Origin: an uncultured Nitrospiraceae bacterium
Lineage (GTDB): Bacteria; Nitrospirota; Thermodesulfovibrionia; Thermodesulfovibrionales; Dissulfurispiraceae
Assembly: GCA_963727805.1 (NCBI GenBank)
Contig: CAVSHF010000003.1
Coordinates: 2,016,001 to 2,080,000, forward strand
Direction: 5' to 3'
Length of the DNA stretch: 64,000 bases
In this document: piece after piece, positions 28,212-37,022 of the stretch
Numbering within the stretch: position 1 is the first letter of the stretch
Layout of the letters: every line of letters starts with the position of its first letter
Notes under the pieces: model-generated
Databases searched by the model: none
What the model saw: the letters and a program-made list of their open reading frames with translations, nothing else
Told to the model about the DNA's origin: nothing
Position numbers and translations under genes: made by a program

Positions 28212-29090
28212 TTACCTACCAAATACTGCGGTAACTGAACCGTTATTGCTAATAACGAATGTGCATACAGGATTCCCTCCTGAACACACAGCGCCAGACC
28301 AGGAATGGAATTTCATTCCCGTCACCGGCTTGGCCGTCAAGGTGATCTGCGCACCGCTCGAATAAGTGCCCTTGCAGACACTACCACCTTTTCCACAGTT
28401 GATGCCGTTGCCTGTCACTGTGCCATATGTTGGCTTGTGCACCGCCAGGGTTTTATTGGCTGGAGGCGTATAGGTGCATGATTGAGAGGTGACTGGGGTG
28501 CTCCCGGCACAGCCGGATGGAGAGGAGCTCAATACTGTTCTCGTTTGTGTGCCATCAGACTGACAGGCCTCCCAGGCAGAGTACGCAAACGAACAAGCGG
28601 GCGGGACATATACGCAGGATTGGGTTAATGGCAGCGGGGTGCCAGTGCATCCGGCCGGAACGGCTGATAGAATAGTCATTGTCTGTGTGCCATTGGGTTG
28701 GCAAGCTCCCCAGTTCGAGTAAGTATAGACGCATGAGGGCGTCGAGCAAGCAGAGTTCTTGACCACTTCGTCAGAAAAGGCACTTGTATTAGATGGGTTA
28801 GCGACAACATATGTTTGAGCGACAAAGTAATAATTCACGCCACATGGCAAATTGACGGTATAGGAGAGGGCCGAGCCTAGATCTACAGTCGTGCTATAGA
28901 CACCGGACTGCGTGCCATACAATATTTTATACCCGACCGGGTCGGTAAGCGGAGTGCCATCGGTCCATGTTGTGACCGAATTCCATAATACGGTAACAGC
29001 ACTCGTTGCCGCTGATATATTGCCATTGAATATAAGCACGCACAGTGTGGCCAGAAAAAAACCAATGCTTATCTTTTTAAATTTTCTCAT
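28212..29090 (-). CDS. secreted protein: FN3 domain, two Cys-rich thrombospondin-like repeats, bacterial (InlB-B-like) repeat domain
   Basis: Signal peptide; W...DGTPLTD..GYKILYG..SGVY...YYFV (FN3); 2x CxYxYSxWxACQxxGTQT; GINCG..C...ITLTAKP..G..F.SWSG.C; GGAGGGGG RBS. Confidence 0.75.
   Translation of the reverse strand: MRKFKKISIGFFLATLCVLIFNGNISAATSAVTVLWNSVTTWTDGTPLTDPVGYKILYGTQSGVYSTTVDLGSALSYTVNLPCGVNYYFVAQTYVVANPSNTSAFSDEVVKNSACSTPSCVYTYSNWGACQPNGTQTMTILSAVPAGCTGTPLPLTQSCVYVPPACSFAYSAWEACQSDGTQTRTVLSSSPSGCAGSTPVTSQSCTYTPPANKTLAVHKPTYGTVTGNGINCGKGGSVCKGTYSSGAQITLTAKPVTGMKFHSWSGAVCSGGNPVCTFVISNNGSVTAVFGR
28461..28736 (-). repeat. two tandem 46-aa Cys/Trp repeats within the secreted protein
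   Basis: SCVYTYSNWGACQPNGTQT...GC...TQSCVYVPP / ACSFAYSAWEACQSDGTQT...GC...SQSCTYTPP. Confidence 0.85.
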
Positions 29091-29384
29091 TGTCCCCCTC
29101 CAGATCCTCATCCACAAAGAATATTCGTTACTTTTGGCCTGCTCTGTTTTACAAGAAAGATCAGTGCCTGACCCTTAATACAAAAGACTGTGCTGTCCTC
29201 AGAAGTGTAAGAGGATTGACATGCATAACGCGATGTGCGAAAGTTCTATAAGATCACAGCGAGTGCGAAACTCGGACAGCCCAGCACTCCCCTGTATGAT
29301 GTTGTCTGAAAGCGTCCTGTTTTAATTTTAGACCGACTTAATTAAGACTTAATTAAGAAATGATTAATCTTTCTTCTTTAAGAA

Positions 29385-29400
29385 CGTGATATAAATCACA
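29385..29400. promoter_or_regulatory. CRP/FNR-family binding site (copy 1)
   Basis: cGTGA-tataaa-TCACA, one mismatch to TGTGA-N6-TCACA, upstream of the FN3 gene. Confidence 0.6.
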
Positions 29401-30072
29401 GAAGGCGGATGCTCGCTAGTTACAACGCAGGCAGATACAAATACTTTTCAACTAGTCATTAAATTCCTTATCGAAATGACCATCACTTTTCCTGATTTCC
29501 GCATCTGTTGAAGACGGATTTAGAAATATTAGGGTTTGCATATTTCCAAAACGCAATCTATTTCCCTACTGCGGAAGTGTTAACGTTAAGTTAGAAGTAA
29601 AAGTCAATTCGCCGCGAACGATTCCCTTCTTGCAGGCATCGGTAAACAACACGATTATGGGACTGTCTTAACAGTTTTTATTCGGGTTGAAATGTGAAGG
29701 TAAGATCAGCGACACTGACGCCATCAGGTGGATGGACATTCTTCATGGAAAATAGGAATCCAAGCTAACAAGTGATCACAGAGGTCCGAGGCGTTCAATA
29801 AACAAGCCCTGCGAAATGCTTTTGCACCTTTGTCAAGCGGAAGACTATCGAGAACGGGAAGGGGACTCGGTATCCAAAAATGCAGAGCAGGCCGGACACG
29901 CGTGAATCACTATTGCAAAACTCAGTACCATTCATGAGTCAGCGTGAACGCTGATCTCCTACCTCAGCGCAGAGAAAGAATCCAATTGAAGAATAAAGAC
30001 AATAAGGTCCCGACCGAAATGCCCTATAAAAATACAATTTTGTACAGAGGAATAATTAAGCAGACTGGCAAA

Positions 30073-30768
30073 TCAAGAAACAATCTCCGATTTCAAGAAG
30101 CCGGGGAGTAGAATCACCTTCCTATCCCCTTTTTGTATCTTGATACACTTATCTTTTTGCATTGCATCAAGCGTTCTTGTCACCGTTTCGCGGCTCAAGC
30201 CTATCATGGAAGCCAATGTTTGATGAGTTAACCTGATATTCAATAAAGTCCCTCCTTCAACCGGCTCGCCATGTGTGGTAGATAGTTGCTGAAAAAGCAG
30301 ACTTAACCGCTGCTCTGACTTATTAAAATTAATCATCTGTACTCGTTCCCATAAGTACCGCAGTCTCATACAAAACATTTGAATTAAATTATCAAGCACC
30401 TTTTCCTGCGTGTGAATAATCTTCAGGAAATTCTCCTTGCTTATGATGGCAGCCGAAGTGTCTTTCATGGCCACAACCTTGGCAGGGGAAGTCTCGCGGT
30501 CAAGCAACGACAATTCTCCGAATGAATCTCCAGCCGCATGAATGGCCCTGATAATCTGCTTCCCATCTTCTGTAGTCTGCACAACCTTGACCCGACCAGA
30601 CATTACCAGATAAATATAGGAGCTAGTATCACCTTCCAACAGTATCACTTGGTCTTTCCGATAATTTCTAACCATAATTTTGCCAACAACCTCTCCGATC
30701 TCTGCATCGTTTAATGATGAAAACATCTGCATTTCCCTAAGGTTTTTAGACAATCCTGCGATATTCAT
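30073..30768 (-). CDS. Crp/Fnr-family transcriptional regulator
   Basis: cNMP-binding fold (SGRVKV, GDSFGELSLLD) and HTH LTHQTLASMIGLSRETVTRTL. Confidence 0.93.
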   Translation of the reverse strand: MNIAGLSKNLREMQMFSSLNDAEIGEVVGKIMVRNYRKDQVILLEGDTSSYIYLVMSGRVKVVQTTEDGKQIIRAIHAAGDSFGELSLLDRETSPAKVVAMKDTSAAIISKENFLKIIHTQEKVLDNLIQMFCMRLRYLWERVQMINFNKSEQRLSLLFQQLSTTHGEPVEGGTLLNIRLTHQTLASMIGLSRETVTRTLDAMQKDKCIKIQKGDRKVILLPGFLKSEIVS

Positions 30769-30857
30769 TATGGATCTCCTTTCACAAGCAATTGTTAACT
30801 ACTCACAAGGCTTAGGCTTGTGCGGTTGCTTCCAATTCTTTGATACTGTATCCAGGC

Positions 30858-30895
30858 ACAAAAAAGGCCCGCTCCCTTTTCCGCAGTAGCGGGCT
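30858..30895 (-). terminator. intrinsic terminator in the leader of the Crp/Fnr gene
   Basis: Minus strand GCCCGCT...AGCGGGC then TTTTTT, about 90 nt before the start codon. Confidence 0.75.
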
Positions 30896-30917
30896 CACAT
30901 AAATTTGTCAAAACAGC

Positions 30918-30995
30918 GTATTGCCAGACCGGCAATCCATTGAAACCAAAGGATCCGTATTTTTGTGCCCTATCCTTGCGGGCAGGTAGCCTTTT
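30918..30995 (-). ncRNA. c-di-GMP-I (GEMM-I)-like riboswitch, divergent
   Basis: Minus strand AAAGGCTA-CCTGCCC-GCAA-GGATAGG-GCACAAA-AATACGGATCC...GGATTGCCGGTCTGGCAA follows the GEMM-I layout (GNRA-capped P2, AAA junction, P3) and is followed by a terminator; several mismatches. Confidence 0.55.
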
Positions 30996-31106
30996 CAAAA
31001 CTCAGTTTTCTGAGAGCAAGACTGATTAATCTTGTGATTATGTCCTATCTTAAAGAAACTTTATTAAGAGAAGATTAGTAAATTATTAATTTTTCTTAAT
31101 GGAGCA

Positions 31107-31122
31107 TGTGACACAAATCACA
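31107..31122. promoter_or_regulatory. CRP/FNR-family binding site (copy 2)
   Basis: Perfect TGTGA-cacaaa-TCACA upstream of the Crp/Fnr gene. Confidence 0.7.
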
Positions 31123-31394
31123 AAAAGTGGATGCCCGCTAAGACAGGCTTAGTCAGATACGAATAGTTTCCCGTCGCTCATTTAATTCTTTGCCGAAATG
31201 TTCACCCTTTTTCCACATTTACGTGTCTGGTAACTTTGGTTTGAAGAACTGAAACTAAGTCAACGGGAACCCTTAGACGGAAATAGTAATGCTTGTTTCT
31301 TTATGCATGGTAAACGCTCCGTGTGTCTCAATTTGCGTCCATTCCCGGAAGCGTTAAAGAAAAACGTATTGATTTAGAATCAGAAAGGAGTGGT

Positions 31395-31470
31395 TGGTGG
31401 ACGGTAAGGGGATCGAACCCTCGGCCTCCACGTTGCGAACGTGGCGCTCTCCCAGCTGAGCTAACCGCCC
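31395..31470 (-). tRNA. tRNA-Ala (CGC)
   Basis: GGGCGGTTAGCTCAGCTGGGAGAGCGCCACGTT-CGC-AACGTGGAGGCCGAGGGTTCGATCCCCTTACCGTCCACCA; G3:U70 pair, CCA end. Confidence 0.96.
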
Positions 31471-31604
31471 TCCTAGAGGCTGTTCAGGACTTGAGCAGAC
31501 CGTCTTGAAGCATCTCTATTATAGCATTATTGGGCCCCCATGGGGTCAACCCTAATCGAGAACATTTGTCTTCAACCAGCCCGATCATTTAATATAAATG
31601 TCTT

Positions 31605-32312
31605 ATGGATCTATTTGTTCGCGACTACAAACTGGGCGCATTTCCGCTTATCGCAGGCATTCTGACGGACAGGGACTACCCTCCTGCCGACAGCGATGAA
31701 ATGAATGCTGTCGATATTATCGAGCTGCGTGTGGATATGTTCGGTTCGGCAGAGACTGATCACGTAAAAGACGTGTTCAAGGAAGTGAGGACCCGCTATA
31801 ACAAGCCCGTTCTTGCAACTGTGCGGGATCTGCCTGAAGGGGGCGAGAAAGAGATCACTGGTCGCCTTGATGTTTACCGAGGCATTATTCCATTGTCTGA
31901 CCTGGTGGATGTAGAGATTCAGTCAGGGGAACTCTTTCCCCAGGTCAAAAGACTCTGTTCCACCTTCAAAAAAATCCTCATCGGGTCATACCACAATTTC
32001 CATTCTACGCCTCACGATGGAATCCTTGACGACATTGTAAAACAAGGTGAAGTTCGGGGTGCAGACATCGTGAAAATAGCCGTTAAAGCGACCGGCAAAG
32101 AGGATCTGATCAGGTTTATAGATTTTGCCCTGCGCAATAAGGACAAAGGGCTGATCACGATCTCGATGGGTGATCACGGTCTTCCGTCCAGAATATTCAC
32201 CCCGCTTCTGGGGTCGCCGATTACCTATGGATATATAAAGACCGCGTCGGCGCCGGGCCAGCTTTCGGTTCAGGAGATGATGTCGATGTTCAGGAAGTTG
32301 AAGATGAGGTAA
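31605..32312 (+). CDS. aroD: type I 3-dehydroquinate dehydratase
   Basis: IELRVD, TVR..EGG, VDVE, SYHNF..TP, ADIVKIAV, ISMG, SAPGQ. Confidence 0.92.
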   Translation: MDLFVRDYKLGAFPLIAGILTDRDYPPADSDEMNAVDIIELRVDMFGSAETDHVKDVFKEVRTRYNKPVLATVRDLPEGGEKEITGRLDVYRGIIPLSDLVDVEIQSGELFPQVKRLCSTFKKILIGSYHNFHSTPHDGILDDIVKQGEVRGADIVKIAVKATGKEDLIRFIDFALRNKDKGLITISMGDHGLPSRIFTPLLGSPITYGYIKTASAPGQLSVQEMMSMFRKLKMR

Positions 32313-32346
32313 TTGCAGGGGGCAAATCATGACTTACCCCTGCAAT

Positions 32347-33690
32347 TTACAATTTCAGCTTCTTCTTGTTCCCGACTACAACGAGCACATAATTATCGTC
32401 ATGAAGGTATTTGCGCGCAACGCGGAGGATATCTTCCTTTGTGACCTTCTCAATGTAATCCCTGTATCGGTCGATGTAATCGTCGCCCAGGTTGTAATAC
32501 TGCACCGCGACAAGAAAATCGGCTATTTTCCTGCTTGTCTCCAGCCTTCTGGGGAAACTGCCTATGAGATAATCCTTTGCGTCCTGAAGCTCCTGGTCTG
32601 TTATAGGCTCTTCTTTTATCAGACGTATCTGCTTGAGCATTTCATCGATAACGCGGCCAGCTGATTCATTCTTTGTCTGCACCTCGACCTCGAATCTGCC
32701 CGGATACTTGTTGGCAGCGAAAAAGCTATTGATGGAATAAGTGAGTCCCATTTCATCGCGGATTACCTTCATTAGCCTCGAAGCAAAGCCCCCTCCTCCA
32801 AAAACATAATTCATGACCGCAACGGAATAATAATCGGGATCATCCCTTGAAATGCCTAGTCCACCGAAAAAGATATTCGCCTGGGCAACATCCTTGTCGA
32901 TAGACTCGACTTGGGTCTTTTTGAGTACCGGCGGCTTCTGCAGACGGATCGTTTTGGCATCCTTCTGCTCCTTCTTTGCTTTCCAGAAAGAGAAATAGCG
33001 GTCGATCAATCCTGCGAGTTCATTCTGACTTATATCGCCGACCACGGCGAGTATGGCGTTTTCCGGCCGGTAGAAGGCATCGTAGAAATTAACGACATCG
33101 GCTTTTTCGATGACATTTATGCTCTCGATACTTCCTTCGACGAGCCTCCCGTAAGGATGTTCACCGAAGACTTCCCTGATGAATCTTTTGCCAGCAACAA
33201 AAGATGGCTCTTCCTCTCTCTGCTGCAATGCGCCCTTCACCAGTTCCTTCTTTCGTGTAAGCTCATCGGCAGGAAATGACGGATGCAAAACAACATCCGA
33301 AAAAAGGTCGAAGCCCTTTTCGACATCCTTTTTCAAAACAGAAAGTGAGATTGTTGTGAAATCACTGTTGGTCAAGATTTCGAGTGAGCCCCCGATGAAT
33401 TCGATCTCCTGACTGATGTCAGCTGCCTTTCTCCGCGCCGTGCCTTCATTCAGCATCTTGGCGGTAATATAGGCGGTTCCCGCTTTCAAAGGGTCCTCTT
33501 CAAGCGGAGAAGCCTTCACCAGTATCGTCGCCATAACAATAGGTAGTTCGTGCCTTTCAACATAGAGCACAGTAAGACCGCTGGGAAGCTTCTCCCTTTT
33601 TATCTCGAAGGCGTTGGTGGTGGAAATTGGAAAGAATGTCACACAGAACAGAAGCGCGGCAATGACTACTGCTGACATCCGCTTATTCAT
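32347..33690 (-). CDS. M16 peptidase, non-catalytic partner subunit
   Basis: M16 fold (HPYGR, GGGGFASRL..IRDEMGLTYS) but HxxEH replaced by YITAK; signal peptide. Confidence 0.85.
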   Translation of the reverse strand: MNKRMSAVVIAALLFCVTFFPISTTNAFEIKREKLPSGLTVLYVERHELPIVMATILVKASPLEEDPLKAGTAYITAKMLNEGTARRKAADISQEIEFIGGSLEILTNSDFTTISLSVLKKDVEKGFDLFSDVVLHPSFPADELTRKKELVKGALQQREEEPSFVAGKRFIREVFGEHPYGRLVEGSIESINVIEKADVVNFYDAFYRPENAILAVVGDISQNELAGLIDRYFSFWKAKKEQKDAKTIRLQKPPVLKKTQVESIDKDVAQANIFFGGLGISRDDPDYYSVAVMNYVFGGGGFASRLMKVIRDEMGLTYSINSFFAANKYPGRFEVEVQTKNESAGRVIDEMLKQIRLIKEEPITDQELQDAKDYLIGSFPRRLETSRKIADFLVAVQYYNLGDDYIDRYRDYIEKVTKEDILRVARKYLHDDNYVLVVVGNKKKLKL

Positions 33691-35014
33691 GAGCAGCCCC
33701 GGTTTTTTGGGGAATGAGAAACCCAGTAGTCCTGTTCTCTTTCGTCAAGTACCGCCGGGCAACATCCCTCACATCTTCGGGGTTTACACTTCTGATCCCC
33801 GTGATATATATATCCTTGAGTCTCCAGTTTCCAACGACCTCGAACATACCCGTATACAAGGCCTCCGAATAACTCGAATCTCGTGCGAATATAAACGACG
33901 CTTCGATCTGGTTTTTAGCCTTCTGGACCTCCACAGCTGACGGTGGCTCTTGCGCTATCTTTTCGATCTCTGCAAGAAGTGCCTGTTCGACATCCTTCAT
34001 CTCTTTGCCAGGGGCAACCGTTGCGCCAAAAATAAAAAGGAATGGGTCCCTGTTGAGACCGTTATAGTCGGCGGACGCCTCAAGGGCTATACGTTTTTCG
34101 TATACAAGACTGCGGTAGAGCCGTGAACTCTTACCTTGAGAGAGAACAGTTGACAAGACCTCTAGGGCGAAGCTGTCCTTGTCGGGAAAGCTTGGCACAT
34201 GATGGGCCATGAGGATATAGGGCAATTCAGCGGATTCATTTTCGAGATAGACTATCTTTTCACCCTTCTGAGCAGGCTCGACCGTCTTGATGCGCTTCAG
34301 CTTATTGCCAGCAGGAGGGATTTTGCCAAACTCTTTCTTGATGAGCGGCATCAGTTCACCCGGCTCTACGTCGCCAGAAATAATGATAAAGGAGTTGTCA
34401 GGGGAGTAATAAGTACCGTAATAATCAGCAAGGTCTTCCCGGCTAATCGCGGCAATCTCGGACATCCATCCGATTACAGGTTTGCGGTAGGCCTGTACTT
34501 CAAGGGATGTCGCCATAAGCTCTGCGTGGAGGAGGTTCTGCGGGTCGTCTTCATACCGCATCCTGCGTTCTTCCATTACAACGCTGCGTTCCGACTCAAG
34601 CTCCTTTGAATCCAGGGAGAGGCCCTTCATCCGATCGGCCTCGAGTTCGATGGACAACCGGATCGCGTCGGAAGGGAGTGTCTGATGGTACATCGTATAA
34701 TCCTTGGAGGTATGAGCATTGTCCATTCCTCCCTTGCGTTGTATTAAGTTCGAAAAAACCTTTGATCCATAATGAGGCGTGCCCTTGAACATCATGTGTT
34801 CGAGAAGATGGCTTATCCCCGATTTCCCCGCCGGTTCATCGATCGATCCGACGCGGTACCAAATCTGAAATGTGGCGAGATGTATCTTGTGGTCTTCGAT
34901 AAAAAGTATCTTGAGTCCGTTGTCGAGAGTGAACTCCTCGACCGCGGCGGACGCGACAAGAGGCAAACCGAAGACAAAAATTATAAGAATGGCGAAAATC
35001 CTCACTGCAGCCAT
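33683..35014 (-). CDS. M16 (pitrilysin) zinc peptidase, catalytic subunit
   Basis: GISHLLEHMMFKGT, ERSVVMEERR; signal peptide. Confidence 0.9.
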   Translation of the reverse strand: MAAVRIFAILIIFVFGLPLVASAAVEEFTLDNGLKILFIEDHKIHLATFQIWYRVGSIDEPAGKSGISHLLEHMMFKGTPHYGSKVFSNLIQRKGGMDNAHTSKDYTMYHQTLPSDAIRLSIELEADRMKGLSLDSKELESERSVVMEERRMRYEDDPQNLLHAELMATSLEVQAYRKPVIGWMSEIAAISREDLADYYGTYYSPDNSFIIISGDVEPGELMPLIKKEFGKIPPAGNKLKRIKTVEPAQKGEKIVYLENESAELPYILMAHHVPSFPDKDSFALEVLSTVLSQGKSSRLYRSLVYEKRIALEASADYNGLNRDPFLFIFGATVAPGKEMKDVEQALLAEIEKIAQEPPSAVEVQKAKNQIEASFIFARDSSYSEALYTGMFEVVGNWRLKDIYITGIRSVNPEDVRDVARRYLTKENRTTGFLIPQKTGAAHE

Positions 35015-35019
35015 AGTCC

Positions 35020-35247
35020 CTATTCCTCCCGCCACACCTCAATGGCGATGTCAGGGCATACATGTGCGCATATGGCGCAACCTGTGCACTCTTCGGAGTG
35101 GGCAAAAATAGCGACAAAATATCCGCTGCTATTGAACTGCTCATCCAGGACAATAGAGCCTGTGGGACACGCGGCAATGCAATAACCGCAACCCTTGCAT
35201 CTCTCCGAGTCGATCTCTATTGCGCCAGAAACTTTCTTTTTTATCAT
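35020..35247 (-). CDS. 2x[4Fe-4S] ferredoxin (KorD/VorD-like)
   Basis: CKGCGYCIAACP and CTGCAICAHVCPD. Confidence 0.85.
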   Translation of the reverse strand: MIKKKVSGAIEIDSERCKGCGYCIAACPTGSIVLDEQFNSSGYFVAIFAHSEECTGCAICAHVCPDIAIEVWREE

Positions 35248-35272
35248 TGACTCTTTCACGAATACCTCTTAA

Positions 35273-37012
35273 TTATTTATTGTCACGCGGTTCAAAATAA
35301 AATTTTGACCCTCCTCCTGCCTTTTTGTCAATCCCAAGCATCTCCTCCGCGTGCCTGAGCGAGCGGTCTGTGACCCTGCCCCCCAGCATACGCGCAAGCT
35401 CTTCACGCCTCTTTTTACCATCCAGTGTTTCCACTCTCACCTTAACATTCTTCTGGGTAAGCTCTTTTTCAACCTTGATGTGATGATCGGCTAATGCGGC
35501 TATCTGAGGCAGATGGGTAATACAGAATATCTGATAATTGTCCGAAAGGCCGTGCAGCCTAGCAGCCACATGTTGAGCCGTCACTCCTCCGATACCCGCA
35601 TCCACCTCGTCGAAGATAAGAGTGCAGACCGTTGCGGAATTCTCTCCGCGAGCACCTGCCTTGTGTCTATCGGCACCAGCGTGTTTGCCTATTTCGAGGC
35701 ATTTTAGGCCGAGCATGATTCTCGAAAGCTCTCCTCCCGATGCAACCTTGACGAGCGGCTTCGGCGGCTCTCCGGGATTGGCAGAAAAGAGGAATTCGAC
35801 TTCATCGATTCCCGCGGGTCCGACTTCACGCCGCTTCCTGATTTCGGTCCTAAAATCGGCCTTCTGAAATCCAAGTTCCATTAGTTCATGGTCAGCCAGC
35901 TTCACCATCTGATCCGCGGCAACCCTTCTCTTCTTTGACAATTCCCCGGCCAGCGTCAACAGCTGAGCTTCCCTTGCTGAGAGTTCCCGCTCGCATTCAT
36001 CTTTTTGCTCTTCCGCATGTTCAAGTCCATGCAATTCTTCCTGCGCTATCTCAAAATACTGAAGGATCCCTTCGATACCTTCACCGTATTTATTTTCGAG
36101 CTTCTTTATCAGTTCAAGACGGCATTCAACATTAGTAAGCCTGCCGGGATCGATATCGTAGGTGTCTCGAAGTTTCCTGACTGTGAGAGAGGCATCCTCA
36201 ACAAGAGGTATCGCGGAATCGAGGAGCGAAAGGCCTTCTTCGACGTTGCGGTCTATTTTTGCCATGTCTCTTACATGTGCTGCTGCCTGCAAAATTTTTT
36301 CGAGTGCCGACCCTTCCGAATCGTAAAGTATGGCGTAGGCCATCTCGGCGGATTCCCTGAGTTTATTTGCGTTGAGGAGGATGGCCCTTTCCTCTCCGAG
36401 GGTTTGTTTCTCTCCCTCCTTGAGTGAGGCCGCGTTGATCTCGTTTATCTGGAACCTGAGGAATTCGGACCTCTGAGTCCTCTCGCGGGCTTTTTCCCGG
36501 ACCTGAAAAACCCTCTCGCGGAGGGCGGCCACATCGTTATATAGCGAATGCAGCGAAGCAGCCTCTTCGGAGAGATCGCCAAAAGCATCGACAAAGGCGA
36601 GATGGCTCTCCTTCCTGAGAAGTCCCTGATGCTCATGCTGGCCGTGGATATCAACAAGTACCTTGCCGACAGCCGAGACGGTTTGAAGGCTTACGGGGGT
36701 GTCGTTAATATAGGCGCGACCTTTGCCCTTGCCGATAAGCCGCCGCAGGATGATGCCGTCACTGCCATCGACACCGATTTCCCGGAGGGCGGCGATATCC
36801 GATGGATCGAAACACGCCTCGATGCGAGCTTCGCTGCTCCCCGTTCTAATGAAATCCTGCGATGCCTTTTCGCCGAGGAGGACGCCAATGGCGTCAACGA
36901 TGATCGATTTTCCGGCGCCGGTCTCTCCTGTGAGGACGTTCAGTCCCGGCCCAAAAACGATCGAAAGATCGTCGATGATGGTAAAGTCCTTGATCCTCAG
37001 TTCGCACAGCAT
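35273..37012 (-). CDS. recN: DNA repair protein RecN
   Basis: LTGETGAGKSI, IHGQHEHQ, ASGGELSRIML, IFDEVDAGIGG, ITHLPQIA. Confidence 0.96.
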   Translation of the reverse strand: MLCELRIKDFTIIDDLSIVFGPGLNVLTGETGAGKSIIVDAIGVLLGEKASQDFIRTGSSEARIEACFDPSDIAALREIGVDGSDGIILRRLIGKGKGRAYINDTPVSLQTVSAVGKVLVDIHGQHEHQGLLRKESHLAFVDAFGDLSEEAASLHSLYNDVAALRERVFQVREKARERTQRSEFLRFQINEINAASLKEGEKQTLGEERAILLNANKLRESAEMAYAILYDSEGSALEKILQAAAHVRDMAKIDRNVEEGLSLLDSAIPLVEDASLTVRKLRDTYDIDPGRLTNVECRLELIKKLENKYGEGIEGILQYFEIAQEELHGLEHAEEQKDECERELSAREAQLLTLAGELSKKRRVAADQMVKLADHELMELGFQKADFRTEIRKRREVGPAGIDEVEFLFSANPGEPPKPLVKVASGGELSRIMLGLKCLEIGKHAGADRHKAGARGENSATVCTLIFDEVDAGIGGVTAQHVAARLHGLSDNYQIFCITHLPQIAALADHHIKVEKELTQKNVKVRVETLDGKKRREELARMLGGRVTDRSLRHAEEMLGIDKKAGGGSKFYFEPRDNK

Positions 37013-37022
37013 ACCGCTGACA

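Noticed and set aside
29913..29930. sigma54-like TGGTAC...TTGC on the minus strand
   Set aside because: GG-to-GC spacing is one base too long and no gene follows closely
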